A stretch of DNA of 63,904 nucleotides, counting the filler, from Circinaria calcarea (lineage: Eukaryota), in NCBI GenBank assembly GCA_051942165.1. It is 12 parts of 12 records of this genome, joined end to end, with 100 filler letters (N's around TTAATTAATTAA, not from the genome) between each part and the next. Parts side by side here need not be neighbours in the genome. Positions count along the whole stretch, not along the records: positions 10,695 to 15,939 come from JAVECS010001980.1; positions 16,040 to 21,278 come from JAVECS010001981.1; positions 21,379 to 26,616 come from JAVECS010001982.1; 9 more parts are not named here. One strand, 5' to 3'. Each line of letters starts with the position of its first letter. Positions within the stretch are counted from its first letter, which is position 1. Under the pieces are notes generated by a model that was given only the letters and a program-made list of their open reading frames with translations, did no database searches and was not told the origin of the DNA. The position numbers were made by a program, and so were the translations under genes. Below, piece after piece: positions 10,764-22,809 of this stretch.

Positions 10764-13700
10764 ATGTCCAATGCAATAAGGCCGTGGCTGTGGCCGGGGA
10801 TCGAAAAGGAAGTGAGGCAGGTCTTGCGGTGGAAATCCGGGGGCCCCAGTGCCTCTCAGACAAAGGGGAAAATCCAGTTTGAGGATGATGGAAGCAATCT
10901 TAGAATACCCTCGTCACAAACCGGTAATCCAGTCCAGATTCTCAAGGTTCGTAGGTCCCTTGCTTCGGATTGTATACAATTATCTAACCTTACCAACACA
11001 TAGTTTACGACCTTTGATGACCCGGTCGAGGTCATAATATCAGACAAAGCGACGTCAATTATAGCGAGGATCTCATCTGCAGCATCAAAAAAGTTCAGGG
11101 AGAAACAAAGGAGGAGAATTACTGAGAATACCAGAGGTGGTGTCATTCAGATTAAGGAATTCGAGATTGTAGTGACGCATCTTGGCCCGAAGCCGTCGCG
11201 TATCACTCTTCTGATCACCGAATTCAACCATCTTGGCAGTGATGGAGAGGGAATATTCGGATGCCCTAGGCCAATCGAGACCCAAGACGGTATTCAGAAT
11301 TTCTTGGACGAACTGCGGAATTTTCGGTCAGAACAAGCTAGGTCTCCTCAAGCACCGGCAAAAGAGGAAGAAAGCATAGCACGGCTTAGCGGTTCCTCGC
11401 AAGGTAGTGACGAAAGCCTTGATGAAATCGAAATGGGAGATACCCAACCAGGATTTGCAACTCAGGTTCCCAGACGTAAGCCCAAGAGAGCCAAACGGGA
11501 AGGCCAAGCTACGCACCTTGACCAGAAAGGAGTTGCTCCAGTACCAAATCTTAATTGCGAAGAGGTCTTGTCTCAAGCTGGTTCAGAGGGTTATCAATCC
11601 CGTGAAAGGGACGCTTCACCAGCCAAAGCGATCACACTGAAGACAATTGATACTTTATCAAAGACAACAGGCAAACGTAACAATGGCGGGGAGCAACCCG
11701 ATGCTAAAAGGGGAGCGTCACTCCTTTCCTTGCTGAGTCTTAAAAGGAGTGATATGCAAGATAACGCTGAAACCAAGCGACTCACGGAACTACCTACCTT
11801 GCCCACTACTTGTGTAAAAAGTAGTAACACAGAGCGTCCATCATTTCCGAGTACTGAGAAGGTGCACCTTGAGGACGATTCTTTGGTAAGGAAAGGCAGG
11901 GGAACTCCAAGAAAAGAAGTTCAAACATCAGGAATCTCGAAAGAGATCCCTACTGATGTATACTCGAGCACCACTGCTCTAAATTCCCACCAAACCAAGT
12001 CTCCAAGGGGCAAAAGTTCCTCCTCCGATGGGTCATCACCTCAAAATTCTCTTTTGTTAGACAATTACCAAGCTCGAACACAACTTCAAGAGAACTCTGC
12101 CGATAAGGCTCGACTATTGACTATAGAAAATCCCGTACCGACCATGGAGCGAAATGCCAATCTTGGCAGTCAATCAATTACTTACTGGGTTGACGAGTTA
12201 CGGACAGAGTCGAACGGCCCATACCCACCTAGCAGCAATTCCCAATCTTTGAAGAAGTTGATGAAAGATCCTTGGGAGGTAAGATTACTTCAAAGAGCAA
12301 ATGTAGACTGGACTAATATTTCGACAGGGTATGTCTCGCATAAGCCGTAGAAGTGTCACAATACCGAAAGATCAACAGACGCTACTAGAACGGAAAGACT
12401 GTAAGTGGAGAGCTCCGAAATATACTACTAGGGAATGAACGCTGATGATGCACTCGCGTAGGCTGGCTTCCCGCGGAGCCAGGAACAAGAACTCCTGTTG
12501 CCAATGTGCCTTTGAAGATCCTTCAAGCATATACGATGCAAATCGATACTGAAACTCGGCCGGAGCGTAATAAACCAAGCAAAATGAGGCAGCCGCACAC
12601 CAGTGACGAGAAGACCATGTCTTCTGGAAAAGAATTGAGTTCGGAGCCTGATATCCCAATATCGAGTGCAGATTGGCCAGCTAGCCCTACAATTCTGTAC
12701 AAAACTTGTCAGCTACCTCCAGATAGTGATCAAGGTGAGCCGATACAGTCCGAGCAGGAAAGTCTTCCCGTCATGTCAAACCCACTCGATTGTACTACTT
12801 CATCCAGGTCTTCCCTTGTTAAACAGCGCTCAACGCCATCCCGCAAGAGTTCCCAATTACCTCGTTCATCGAGTTCAACTGAACGTCAGATATCTAGCCA
12901 GAGGACCTATTCCAGCTCCACTGTAGAGGAAAAGAGTTTTCTATGTCCTGATTCGACCTGTTCTAAAAGATATAGAGGGTCAAGCGGGCTGAAATATCAT
13001 GTAGATGTGAGTCACTCCGCTTAACCAACCGTTCGTTCACGTCCAATCCGCTGAGGAATTTAGCGTTTCCATCGTGAATTCAGGCCTCTTAAGCGGATGA
13101 AGCGTGATCGTCTCAACAGTGAGAGTGATTTTGTGAAGTCCCACGAGTTTGATCCACGCAGCGAACAGTCTAGATTGACTAGTGAAGAAAAGCCCTACCA
13201 AGAAACTCAGGTATGCCGAGTCAGAAAGGGAGGCACCCCAACCGACGATGAAAAACTTGAGATTGAGCAGCAATTGTCCCCTCAACAGCGAAACCAACAG
13301 TTCTCAAAGTCTCAGACTCCTGAAGCACATACTGAGCAGGTACTGGTAGATACCCGAGCAGAGCAGCACCTCCGCAATGATGAAATGCTATGTAACGCGG
13401 CTACCATCGGACCTAGTTTCGTAGCTCGATCTAACTCGGAACGGATTTTATCTCCACTAACCCTCATGAATGGAGTCAATCAAGAACCAGAACAATCTGA
13501 GAGCGATTCTGAGCTAGAGACTACTGTTCCACAACCTCTGGACAGCAGAACGAGTAAAGATTTTCTGAAAGCGGCCTTTCGTGAACCTCCAGTCAGCACA
13601 AACTCCAATGAGAAATCAGTTCTTCAAGTTAATCGGACTCCTTATTCACATGAACAGAAGAGCAAGGGCCGACCAGTTATGGGAAACCCGGAGCAGCCCC

Positions 13701-15670
13701 GGATTACAAGTCCCGATTCTTTCCTTGATGAGCTGCCGCTTGATGAAACAATTTCAAGCACCTTTGAGAACAAAGAGGAAAATAAGAAAAGCGCAAACAA
13801 TGGTCCAAGGGAGGATAGTGGTGCTGCTTCTAAGCCTCAACGTCTCATAAGAGAAAATAGAGATCTTGTTCACCGAACAACCGACCCGGTAATATCTCTA
13901 GAATCTGGTGAGTTGAACTGTGTTGTCGATGTAAAGAATAAGCGTGAAGCTGGCGAAAGCAGTCACGATCTGCCAAATATCACTAAGCGTCGGAAACGTC
14001 TCAAGATGTCTACGAAGTTTGGTTTCAGCCAAGACGCCCCAGCTTCGGGGGAAGATCCCAGAATACGGGCTCAAAAGCAACGTCGGGAATTTTTTGCCAC
14101 ACTCAAGAATGACAACTTACAAAGCAAGGATTCTACCGACGTTGATTTTCGGCATGAAGTACATCAATCGGATGCAACCACCTCAAATAATAATTGCAGA
14201 AATCAAGAATTTGATTCCACGACGGAGAGTAGAAAGAATGAGCGACTCGATTCAGACATTGATACTGACACCACGGCATCTGACACAGAATCAAGTGAGA
14301 GGTCAAGCTTCAACAGGAGTTCTTTCCACGGTGCGAAGGATGATCGTACCGACACAAGGTCACTAATATCAGAGCTCTTGGAGGCAGCGGCGAAGTCGGA
14401 TATTCCACAATCAAGGCTGTTCCAATCCATAAAACCGTCAAATAAATCTACACCTTGTCCCACTCGACAATCTTACTTTGATTTATTCAAACAGACCTAT
14501 CCAGAGTACACGGGTAGCGAGACACATTTCATTGCAATGTGCGGCAAACTTAGGTCTTTAGAGCTCCAAAATCGGGTTGAACACCGATCTCTATGGGACG
14601 ACTTTATTGTCCGACATAAAATAGAGTATCGACAGTACCTACTCCAATGTACAGAGCAAGCGGAGGACCCGATCCCGTACGAGCAGTTTTATCGAGAACA
14701 AATCGAAACATCACGGTTCACAAAAGCAATCATTACCCCCGTGAATCTTCGAAATATACTCATGCCTCAAGAATCTGTCAAGCAAGAGATCGTCCAAGAG
14801 CATCGATCGTTAGAAAGGCAGCCGCTGGTGAAGAATGGGTCAAACCCGCAGTCGGTTGGTGAGAGTCGGCAGATGTCTGTAGCCTCTACTCTATCGTCCG
14901 ACCGAGCTAGGATTCCGCAATCAGTCAGCCGGTTATCCAGTCCGAAACGAACGGAAATTGTGAAACAGCAGGATCAACAAATTAAGGCTGCTAGCCCATC
15001 ACAAATCCCAAAGTCTCCAAATAAAGGACAAACGACAATCAGTCAAAGTCCATCACAATCGGCTGAAAATACAAATCAACAAATCACCACTACCGACATT
15101 GTGGATCTGACGTCCTATCCTTCTCCGCATCCCTCACCAACGTCCACCCCTCTCGCCCAAAAACCTCGTCCCCTTCCATGGAATAAGCCTACTCCATCTA
15201 CTTCCAAGCTAATACCAAACTCATCTCGTACTTCTCCAAAACCCAGCCCCTTCCGCGCCGTTGCCGAACCTCCAGTCCCATCTACCACTTCAAACTCAGC
15301 ACATTTCAAATCTCTAATCCCACCTTTCCTTCCAAAAACCTCTTCTGTTCCCGCTTCACCATCTACCTCCACCCACTCCATCCACGAACAACCTGCAGCC
15401 TCTCGGGCACCTCTTACCGCCACCTCCTCAGCCACCCACGAAACTGCTCAACACACTAAGCCAATATCCCCACTTCCAGCAGAATGGTGGCGCGACCCTA
15501 TTACTCCGTTCAAGGATTTTATGCGCGCGGATCTGGCAATTCGAGCTGGGAATGGGAATGCGTGGGCGATGGAGAAGGGGATTGGGATTGGCGAGGGGAA
15601 AGGAAAGGGCAGAGAGAGGGAGAGAAAGAGGGAGTGGAGGAGGTTGGATGTGTTGGGATGGAGGCTTTGA
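10764..15670 (+). CDS. Large shelterin Tpp1/Tpz1/Est3-domain protein (~1560 aa, 5 exons) with an internal C2H2 finger
   Basis: Exons 10764-10946, 11004-12278, 12328-12400, 12462-13006 and 13064-15670 total 4683 nt in frame. N-terminal RPWL..QILK..ISD...IIARIS..ITENTRGGVIQIKEF..G.PRPI fits the TPP1/Est3 OB fold. A C-terminal block reads YPEYTG...LWDDFIVRH...DPIPYEQFY. Confidence 0.72.
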
Positions 15671-16039
15671 TGATGGGAGAGGGTATGGAATCGGTATGGA
15701 TGTACATTTGTGGACGAACCAATGGAACTCCAAACGTTGGATACGCAATACCGAGAAGAACAATCGGACGCCTTTTTAATCTCTCTACCCGTGATGAAAA
15801 TGATACCAAAGTCTGATTTTCAATGCTTTTTGCCCCATGTCACACTTGTTTTCCACCTCATCCCCCCCCCGGTGTCCCTCCTAAGGAGATCCTGAATTTA
15901 GACGCCAGTCTAGAAAGGAAACTTCGCACACCCCATCACNNNNNNNNNNNNNNNNNNNNNNNNNNNNNNNNNNNNNNNNNNNNTTAATTAATTAANNNNN
16001 NNNNNNNNNNNNNNNNNNNNNNNNNNNNNNNNNNNNNNN

Positions 16040-19000
16040 CGCTCTCAAGTTCCTCCATCCATATATCGAATCCCTCGCATGTCCCTCGAGACATACGATT
16101 GTTTATACGGCAACTAACAATCAGGCCTTCTTCTCCGATTTGAAGAACTACGTCCTAAAGGTCAGCCGTGCAGGTCATCACTATCGTGCAATGCTATCGT
16201 TCTGGGCTGGTGTTGCTACGGAAGCTGTTGCTAGTATGCTTGATCATACGGGCTCAAGCAGGCGTGAAGCACGGCGAAAGAATGAAGAAGACGTATTACT
16301 TCGAACGCTGCCTTTCTTGAACGAAGGGTTATCGATGACAAAAGTTCCCGAGTTGAGGGTGGGATGCTATATGATTTTGACAGTACTAGCCTCTAAAGCG
16401 CAACTAGAAGACAAAGTTCTGCATGCTATGATGGAGGCAGTTGTTTCTTATTGGACCTCTGACACATCTCATGCAGGATTGATCTGCCTGGCCGTTTTGG
16501 CTCAATATACGCGAGATGTTAGCTTACCACCAAAAGTATTCAAAGCTGTCATGTCGATTGACAGCATTGAAGATGATTTAGTAACGCTGGCGAAGCGATA
16601 TCGAGTGGATAGACTGACACTTGGTCTGATCCTTAGGGTTCTCGAGGGATTGGACAAGGGCCAACATACTTCCCAGTTGAAATTCGTGAGGTTGGCCATT
16701 GAGGCACAGCTAATGGATGCTATTCACATTTCAACAGCAATCAAGTCTGTTTTATTAGCAGCTGACAACACAGAAGTTATGGCACATGATGGACTGGATG
16801 TCCGAGGTCAGCTCGCCGACTTGATACTAAGGCTTTCTGATTCGGAGACCGTTGGCAGAGTTGTTCAAGATACAATCAAGTTTACAGGTATTGATATGAA
16901 TCGCCTGGAAATAAAGCTTCAAACTACCCTACTACCTAAAGAAGTTCTATTAACGAATGGAGTCGAGGAAGTCAAAATGGAGGATGCCACGCACGAACCG
17001 GAAGAGAGCTTTGAGACCCTCGCCCAGAGGATTCCAACCACAGCTGCGAATGAGGTATCTTTTCTTTCGAATTCTGAATCCCACCTCTTCGGGGGTCTCT
17101 GTCACGCATTTCTCCTAGCTTCTTCGTCACTGGCTCACCTCAGAGCGTTCTCGAACTTCTCAGTTCTCCGCAAGCCGCTAGCCATGAAGGACCCTCTTTT
17201 TCTGTCTTTCTTTATCCGCTTATGGTCTGGTCCCTACCCGGCACTTTCTAGAGCTGCAGCTATCAGTTGTGTCTGTGAATACTTTGAGAACACGGAGCTT
17301 ACGGCCGATATCCAAGTGTTGATACCATATGTCCTGTATGCGCTTGAAGATTCGTCCCTAAGGGTTCGACGTTCTGCTATAGATCTTGTTCTCGTCCTTA
17401 AATCTGGGTACACAAAGGCACAGAATGACGGCATTGGGCTTCAAAATATGACTGTCTTAGGGAAAGAAGACTTGTATGGACAACTTAACAAAACGCAAGA
17501 CTTGACTTGGATCTCACCAATTGATACCATCAAAATCATTGATGATGTTCTTGTTCCCAACTTAGAAGAGTGCCGTCTCGACGCCGGACACATATCGCAT
17601 ATACTAGCAGAATTCCTTACAGGGTCGTATCCTCGAGATCACAAATCCTTACAAAAAGAATTCAAAACCTCTCTCAGGGCTTCCCTATTCACCTTTTTGG
17701 GCACTCATCTTGTTCACATCCCACTTTACGCCGTCAAATCTCGACTCTTACCGATGTTGAACCAAGTGGAGAAAGTTGGAAGTACTTCGCGAACTAAAAT
17801 TCTCCTTCCCATGGCCTTAGCCGTGGGAAATTTAGATGAGAAAGTCTTGAAAGATTTGTGTGATAAGGAGCAGGTCGATAATACAAACTTCATGACGCAG
17901 GTCGTAGGCATCGTGTCACCTACTGCTAAAGATGGTTTATGCTTCCTGCAACGCTTGATTGATCCGGAAGGGTCTTCATCGTCACGGTTGTTAAGGTCGT
18001 CAGCATTCCAGCGCATTCATAGCATTTGGAAGTCCATGAGATCTGACGCTCAGATGGCGTTCTCAGAATTGTTGTTGGATGTTGCAACTAGATTCCCATC
18101 CACTAGCTCTGAAGAAGTCGTGGAAAGCCAGGCAATGGACACCCTCCGAACGGTCTCACTGTATACCGGTATATTGCTTTCTATGTTGAATAGACTACCT
18201 AGTTTATCTACAAGGTCGAACGATGGGCCTTCTGCAGCAAAGCGTCGTCGGACAAGTCAGCATCAGGTGGACGGTCCAAACGGCGATGCTCCCAAGAGTA
18301 TGGCATGTTCCGTAAGGAAGATCACAGTCGTACTCGAGCTAATCCAGGCCTCAAACGCAGGGAAAAGCCCTGAACTCGTGAAGGGGCTTTTCCAAGTCTT
18401 AGCTGATACACAGCATTCTAAAGTTCAAACAGGCACTGATATGGGATACATCCAATCTCTCGCGCTTGATATACTTTGCTCAATTGTCCAAAGAACGAAG
18501 GTAGGTGCTGCCTCTATATGGGAGACTCGCATATCTGACGGCCCGTAGAATTCGGCTTCATTAAAACTTGATAGCTCGGCGGTTCGAGCTGATCTTATTG
18601 TTGAGTGTGTGAGGTCGACATCATCTCCTCAAGTGCAATACTCCGCTTTATTGCTTATATCAAGTTTGGCTAGCGTTGTCCCCGAAGTCGTGATACACAT
18701 TGTCATGCCAATCTTCACCTTTATAAGTTCGACAGTACTACAGCATACCGATGATTATTCAGCCCATGTTGTCGACAAGGTAAGTGACCATCACTCTTAT
18801 CTACATACTGGCAGGTAGCTAATCTATGCTATTGCAGACAATCGATACAGTTATTCCGCCCTTGGTAGACACCTTACGCAAAAACAAAGGCGACCCAGTA
18901 ACTGGGGCATCCGAACTTCTGCTTAGCTTCATCGCTGCTTTTGAGCATATTCCGATGTACCGAAGACAAAGCTTGTTTCAATCCCTGATTGATAAGCTCG

Positions 19001-21278
19001 GCCCACAAGACTTTCTGTTCGCTGTCCTAACAATGCTCATGGACAAGTATAATGGAAACAAGACCGTTGCTGTATTTTCACAAGAACTTGTCAGCCATTA
19101 TGACTCGACAACGCAACTGCTGGTAAGTGTCTCCCAAATGACTTTTGCTCTGGAGACTAACCGTTTAAGTCTATCGAGAAATATATCGATTTGGTGGTGG
19201 ATACCCTGAAGCCAAAACGAACTGTATCCGAACGTCTCTTGGGCATTGGGGATGGTAAAGACCCTGAAACCATTGCTGTCAACCTACTTTTGTTACCTCC
19301 ACAACTCTTAGCCAACAAGCGCTTGATCATGCTGGTAGGAAAGACATTATCGGCGCATAATGGTGATATTAGTGCTACTACGATTCGCCAAAGCTATTCT
19401 AGGATGATGGAACAGGTTCTATCTCTTACTACAAACGTCAAGCATCTGAGGACTTGTAAGTGATACCATATCGGAGAGGTGTTGAAGCAACCTAACTGTA
19501 TGATAGTACACGTTGCTTGCCAAGATGTCCTGACTGCATTACTTGGACTACTTTCCATGCAAGACTTTGTTATATCACTTGAAACATTGCTAGAACATGG
19601 CGATATAGAGGTGAAGATCTTGAATCAATATCTGTTTTGAATATCCTAACATCGCGTAGATTCGCCGACAAGGTTTGAGGTCGCTCGAGCATAGAATCGA
19701 CACCGATAAGTCAGACAAAACTTCGGCACGGAAGGCTTGCCTAGGCTTCCTCCCACGATTGATAAACGTAGCTGAACAGACTCCTGATAACCTCCTTAGA
19801 CAAATCGCTATAACGTGTGCTGACCGAATCTTGGAGCGATACGGGAAAAAGGACCTTGATGCTTCTACCGCGATAGCCAAGGCGATTGCAGGGAAGGCAT
19901 GCTTGGGCGCTGCTGACTCCAGGGTCCGCGTAATCACACTCCTCTCCCTCGCAACGTCGATTGAAATTCTTGGTCAATTGTTTATTCCGATTATTCCACA
20001 AGCTTTACCCAAAGCTCTTGATCACTTACAATCTAGCATTGAGGACGTACCCGGTGATGAAGCCCTTCACAATGCCGTCTACTCTCTACTAGAAGCTATG
20101 CTTACCTACATTCCATGGATGGTGAAGGGGGAGTATCTGGATCGGCTTTTGAAAGTTTCTTATGAATCAGCAAATGCAGAGATGGGCACCAAGTGCGACC
20201 AGAACAGGTTCGATGTTTTGAAGTTGGTTGCAAAGCAGGTCGAACCTAGGGAATGCGTCGCGGCATTGGGAAGAACCTGGACCAGTGCAGTGACCGAGGG
20301 ACCTCAGGTAGATACCAAGAATCCTCCCGCGTCCGAAGAAGTATTAATTACCATGTTTAGGCCGCTGAAGAGTACCTCCAGATCTTGAGCCTGGTAATTG
20401 AACGGCAAAAAAAGTCAGATGTGGCGAAGCAATCGAGTGTGTTAGCGGATCTCTTCATTAAGATTTTTGATCTCAGGCGCATCCAATTCAGTCCTCGGAC
20501 CGATGATAGCTATGACGACGAAGAGGTTGATCAGGTGGAGGAGTCTGTCAATCAAGTTGCCATCAAGATGATATACAAACTCAACGATGCCAACTTTAGA
20601 CCAATCTTTACCAAGATGCTCGAGTGGGCCACCACCACGCACTCTGTAAAGGATAAAAAATCGAAAATACATCGACTAACAACGTGGTACAAGTTTCTAC
20701 ACACATTCTTCGATACATTGAAGGTTCGTTTTCGACGCTACAGAATAATGATCATCTCTTCCTGACAATCAGTTTAGTCAATTGTCACTAGTTACGCCAG
20801 CTTCGTCATGGAAGACGCTGTATCAATCTGTACGGCCTTCTCCTCTTCCAACTCGGATTCTCTCAGGCTTTGCAACAATGTCATACTTACCCTAAATGCC
20901 TGCTTCACTCACGACCAGGATGGTATGGCTGTTTGTCCTCTCTATGGCCAATCCGCTAATATACCACTTCTTTATTTTAGAATTTTGGCAATCCCCAGCG
21001 CACTTCACCCCTGTTTCCACTGCCCTGCTCTCGCTCCTTCCGCACACATCGTTCTTACCCTTTCTCCTCCAAGCCCTTACCTCTCTCGCGGCAAGCACAT
21101 CTTCTCCGGACCAGCATAAATCCCTCAACAGTGGTATCCTCGTTTATTTGCGTTCAGACGCCCCCCAAACGCGACTGTCGGCTGTGAGATGTCAAGTAAG
21201 CTTGATGGAGAAATTGGGCGAAGAGTGGTTGAGCCTGCTACCGGAGATGTTACCTTTCATTGCAGAAGCGCTCGAAGA
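16040..21278 (+). CDS. UTP10: U3 snoRNP protein Utp10 (HEAT repeats, BP28CT), truncated at both ends, ~8 introns
   Basis: PELRVGCYMILTVLASK, MPIFTF...DDYSAHV, AFEHIP..RR, MIYKLNDANFRPIF..MLEWA and KLGEEWLSLLPEMLPFIAEALE. Confidence 0.95.
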
Positions 21279-21378
21279 NNNNNNNNNNNNNNNNNNNNNN
21301 NNNNNNNNNNNNNNNNNNNNNNTTAATTAATTAANNNNNNNNNNNNNNNNNNNNNNNNNNNNNNNNNNNNNNNNNNNN

Positions 21379-22291
21379 ATATCATGCTATCGAGAGTCCG
21401 AGCCGCGAGATCCAAGGTTTCGAGCACATGAATTGCGTGCCTGGCGAGATCATGAATAGCTGGGAAATCTGGGCTCTGTAACGTACGGTCGTGTTCTATA
21501 GATCGGACTAAGTTTCGAATGTTCCAGACGGCATCGTTCTGGAGACGGAGTACTTCCCCAGCAAGCAGTACATGGCTGAAATACGGATCGCCCAAGCTTA
21601 TGGAATCGACGGCACCGGCAAAAAGAGTTGTCAGATCGGCTTTCATAGTTGGACTAGCATCGAACACGATGACGATAGTTCCTTTGGTAGAAGCATTCCA
21701 TCGAGTGAAGACGTTGAGCTTAACCCACTCGTAGTCTTTGCCGTTTCCAACCCACATCTCCTTGTGGGATGTGTGAAATGTCTGTTTGACGAGAAAGCGG
21801 AACCAGGTGTCTGTCGCCAAGTTGGTTGAGATCATCCGCATGAATCGGGAGACATACTGTATCCCTTTTGTTCCCCATCACCTCCACCCGTGACCTCGCA
21901 ACCAAAGTATCCATTGGATCGACGACACCATGGAGACCACCACACCTTAGGTATTCCGAACACCTCCGTGAAATAGCGTTTGCAAGTTAGGCAATCTCTA
22001 ACTTTGTCCGCTTGAGCAAAGCTGGCATCCGTCAGTACCAAATAGTGTTCCATAAATGTGGCTGAACTCTTTACATCAAAGTCAGCGGAATCGAGTCAAT
22101 TTGTTGCGTTCGTAGGTTCTCGATCGATATTCTATTGAACTTCGGGTAGCATCCGCCTGGAACTTAGTAAACCCAATTCATTAGTCCACTGATAGAACTA
22201 CCTGTACGGTAAGACGGAGATCAAAGGTCGTACCTTGTTCTATCATCACTCTCTCCAATATTGGACAATCTTGGCAACCAAAAGGGGCCAT
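21379..22291 (-). CDS. Fungal CorA-like membrane protein family member, 3'-truncated
   Basis: Spliced model MAPFGCQDCP.../...WWSPWCRRSNGYFGC.../TWFRFLVK...DPY..H..L..EV..LQNDAVWNIRNLVRSIE...PDFPAIHDLARHAIHVLETL resembles the N-terminal region of fungal CorA-like proteins. The GMN/TM end would lie beyond the gap. Confidence 0.6.
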
Positions 22292-22809
22292 CTCTATGTT
22301 AGTGAATTAGCAATAACCTAGTCTTAGCTTCACGGCTTTACTATCGTTGGAATTTGGCGTAACGATAACTGGCACAAGTAACAATGATGTAAAGTCAGTT
22401 TCCTCTTTTTGAGAGTAATATAGACAAGAGATGCCTTGTTTTACCGGCACCTTACGCCTCTTGGGCACCTTTGCACCTTAGGCATCTCTCCAATCTATGT
22501 ACCCTCAATTCCACCTATCATTTGATCCCAGCGCTTGGACGTAGAGGGTAAATCATACCTAATGGTCTCCGGCACCTGCATGGCGCAATAGTGGGGCGGT
22601 GCTCACTTGATACCCGAAAAAGGGTGCAGATTGCCGTCTTCTTGTGGGAACCAATAACCCGACACCCCCTTTCTTTGCCCCGACACGCTCCGCTTTTTTT
22701 TGGTTCAGCGGCTGCTTTATGAGGTTTAGAATAGCTTCTTAAATAGTAAAAGCTTTATATATATAGCAGATAACATATACCAATTTAACTTATTATTAAA
22801 GAAGCCGTA

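Noticed and set aside
22297..22383. TGTTA...TAACA 87-bp segment resembling a mini solo LTR
   Set aside because: On the minus strand the left end reads CTAAC-ATAG, a branch point plus acceptor of an intron just upstream of the CorA-like ATG. It is too short for an LTR and has no TSD.
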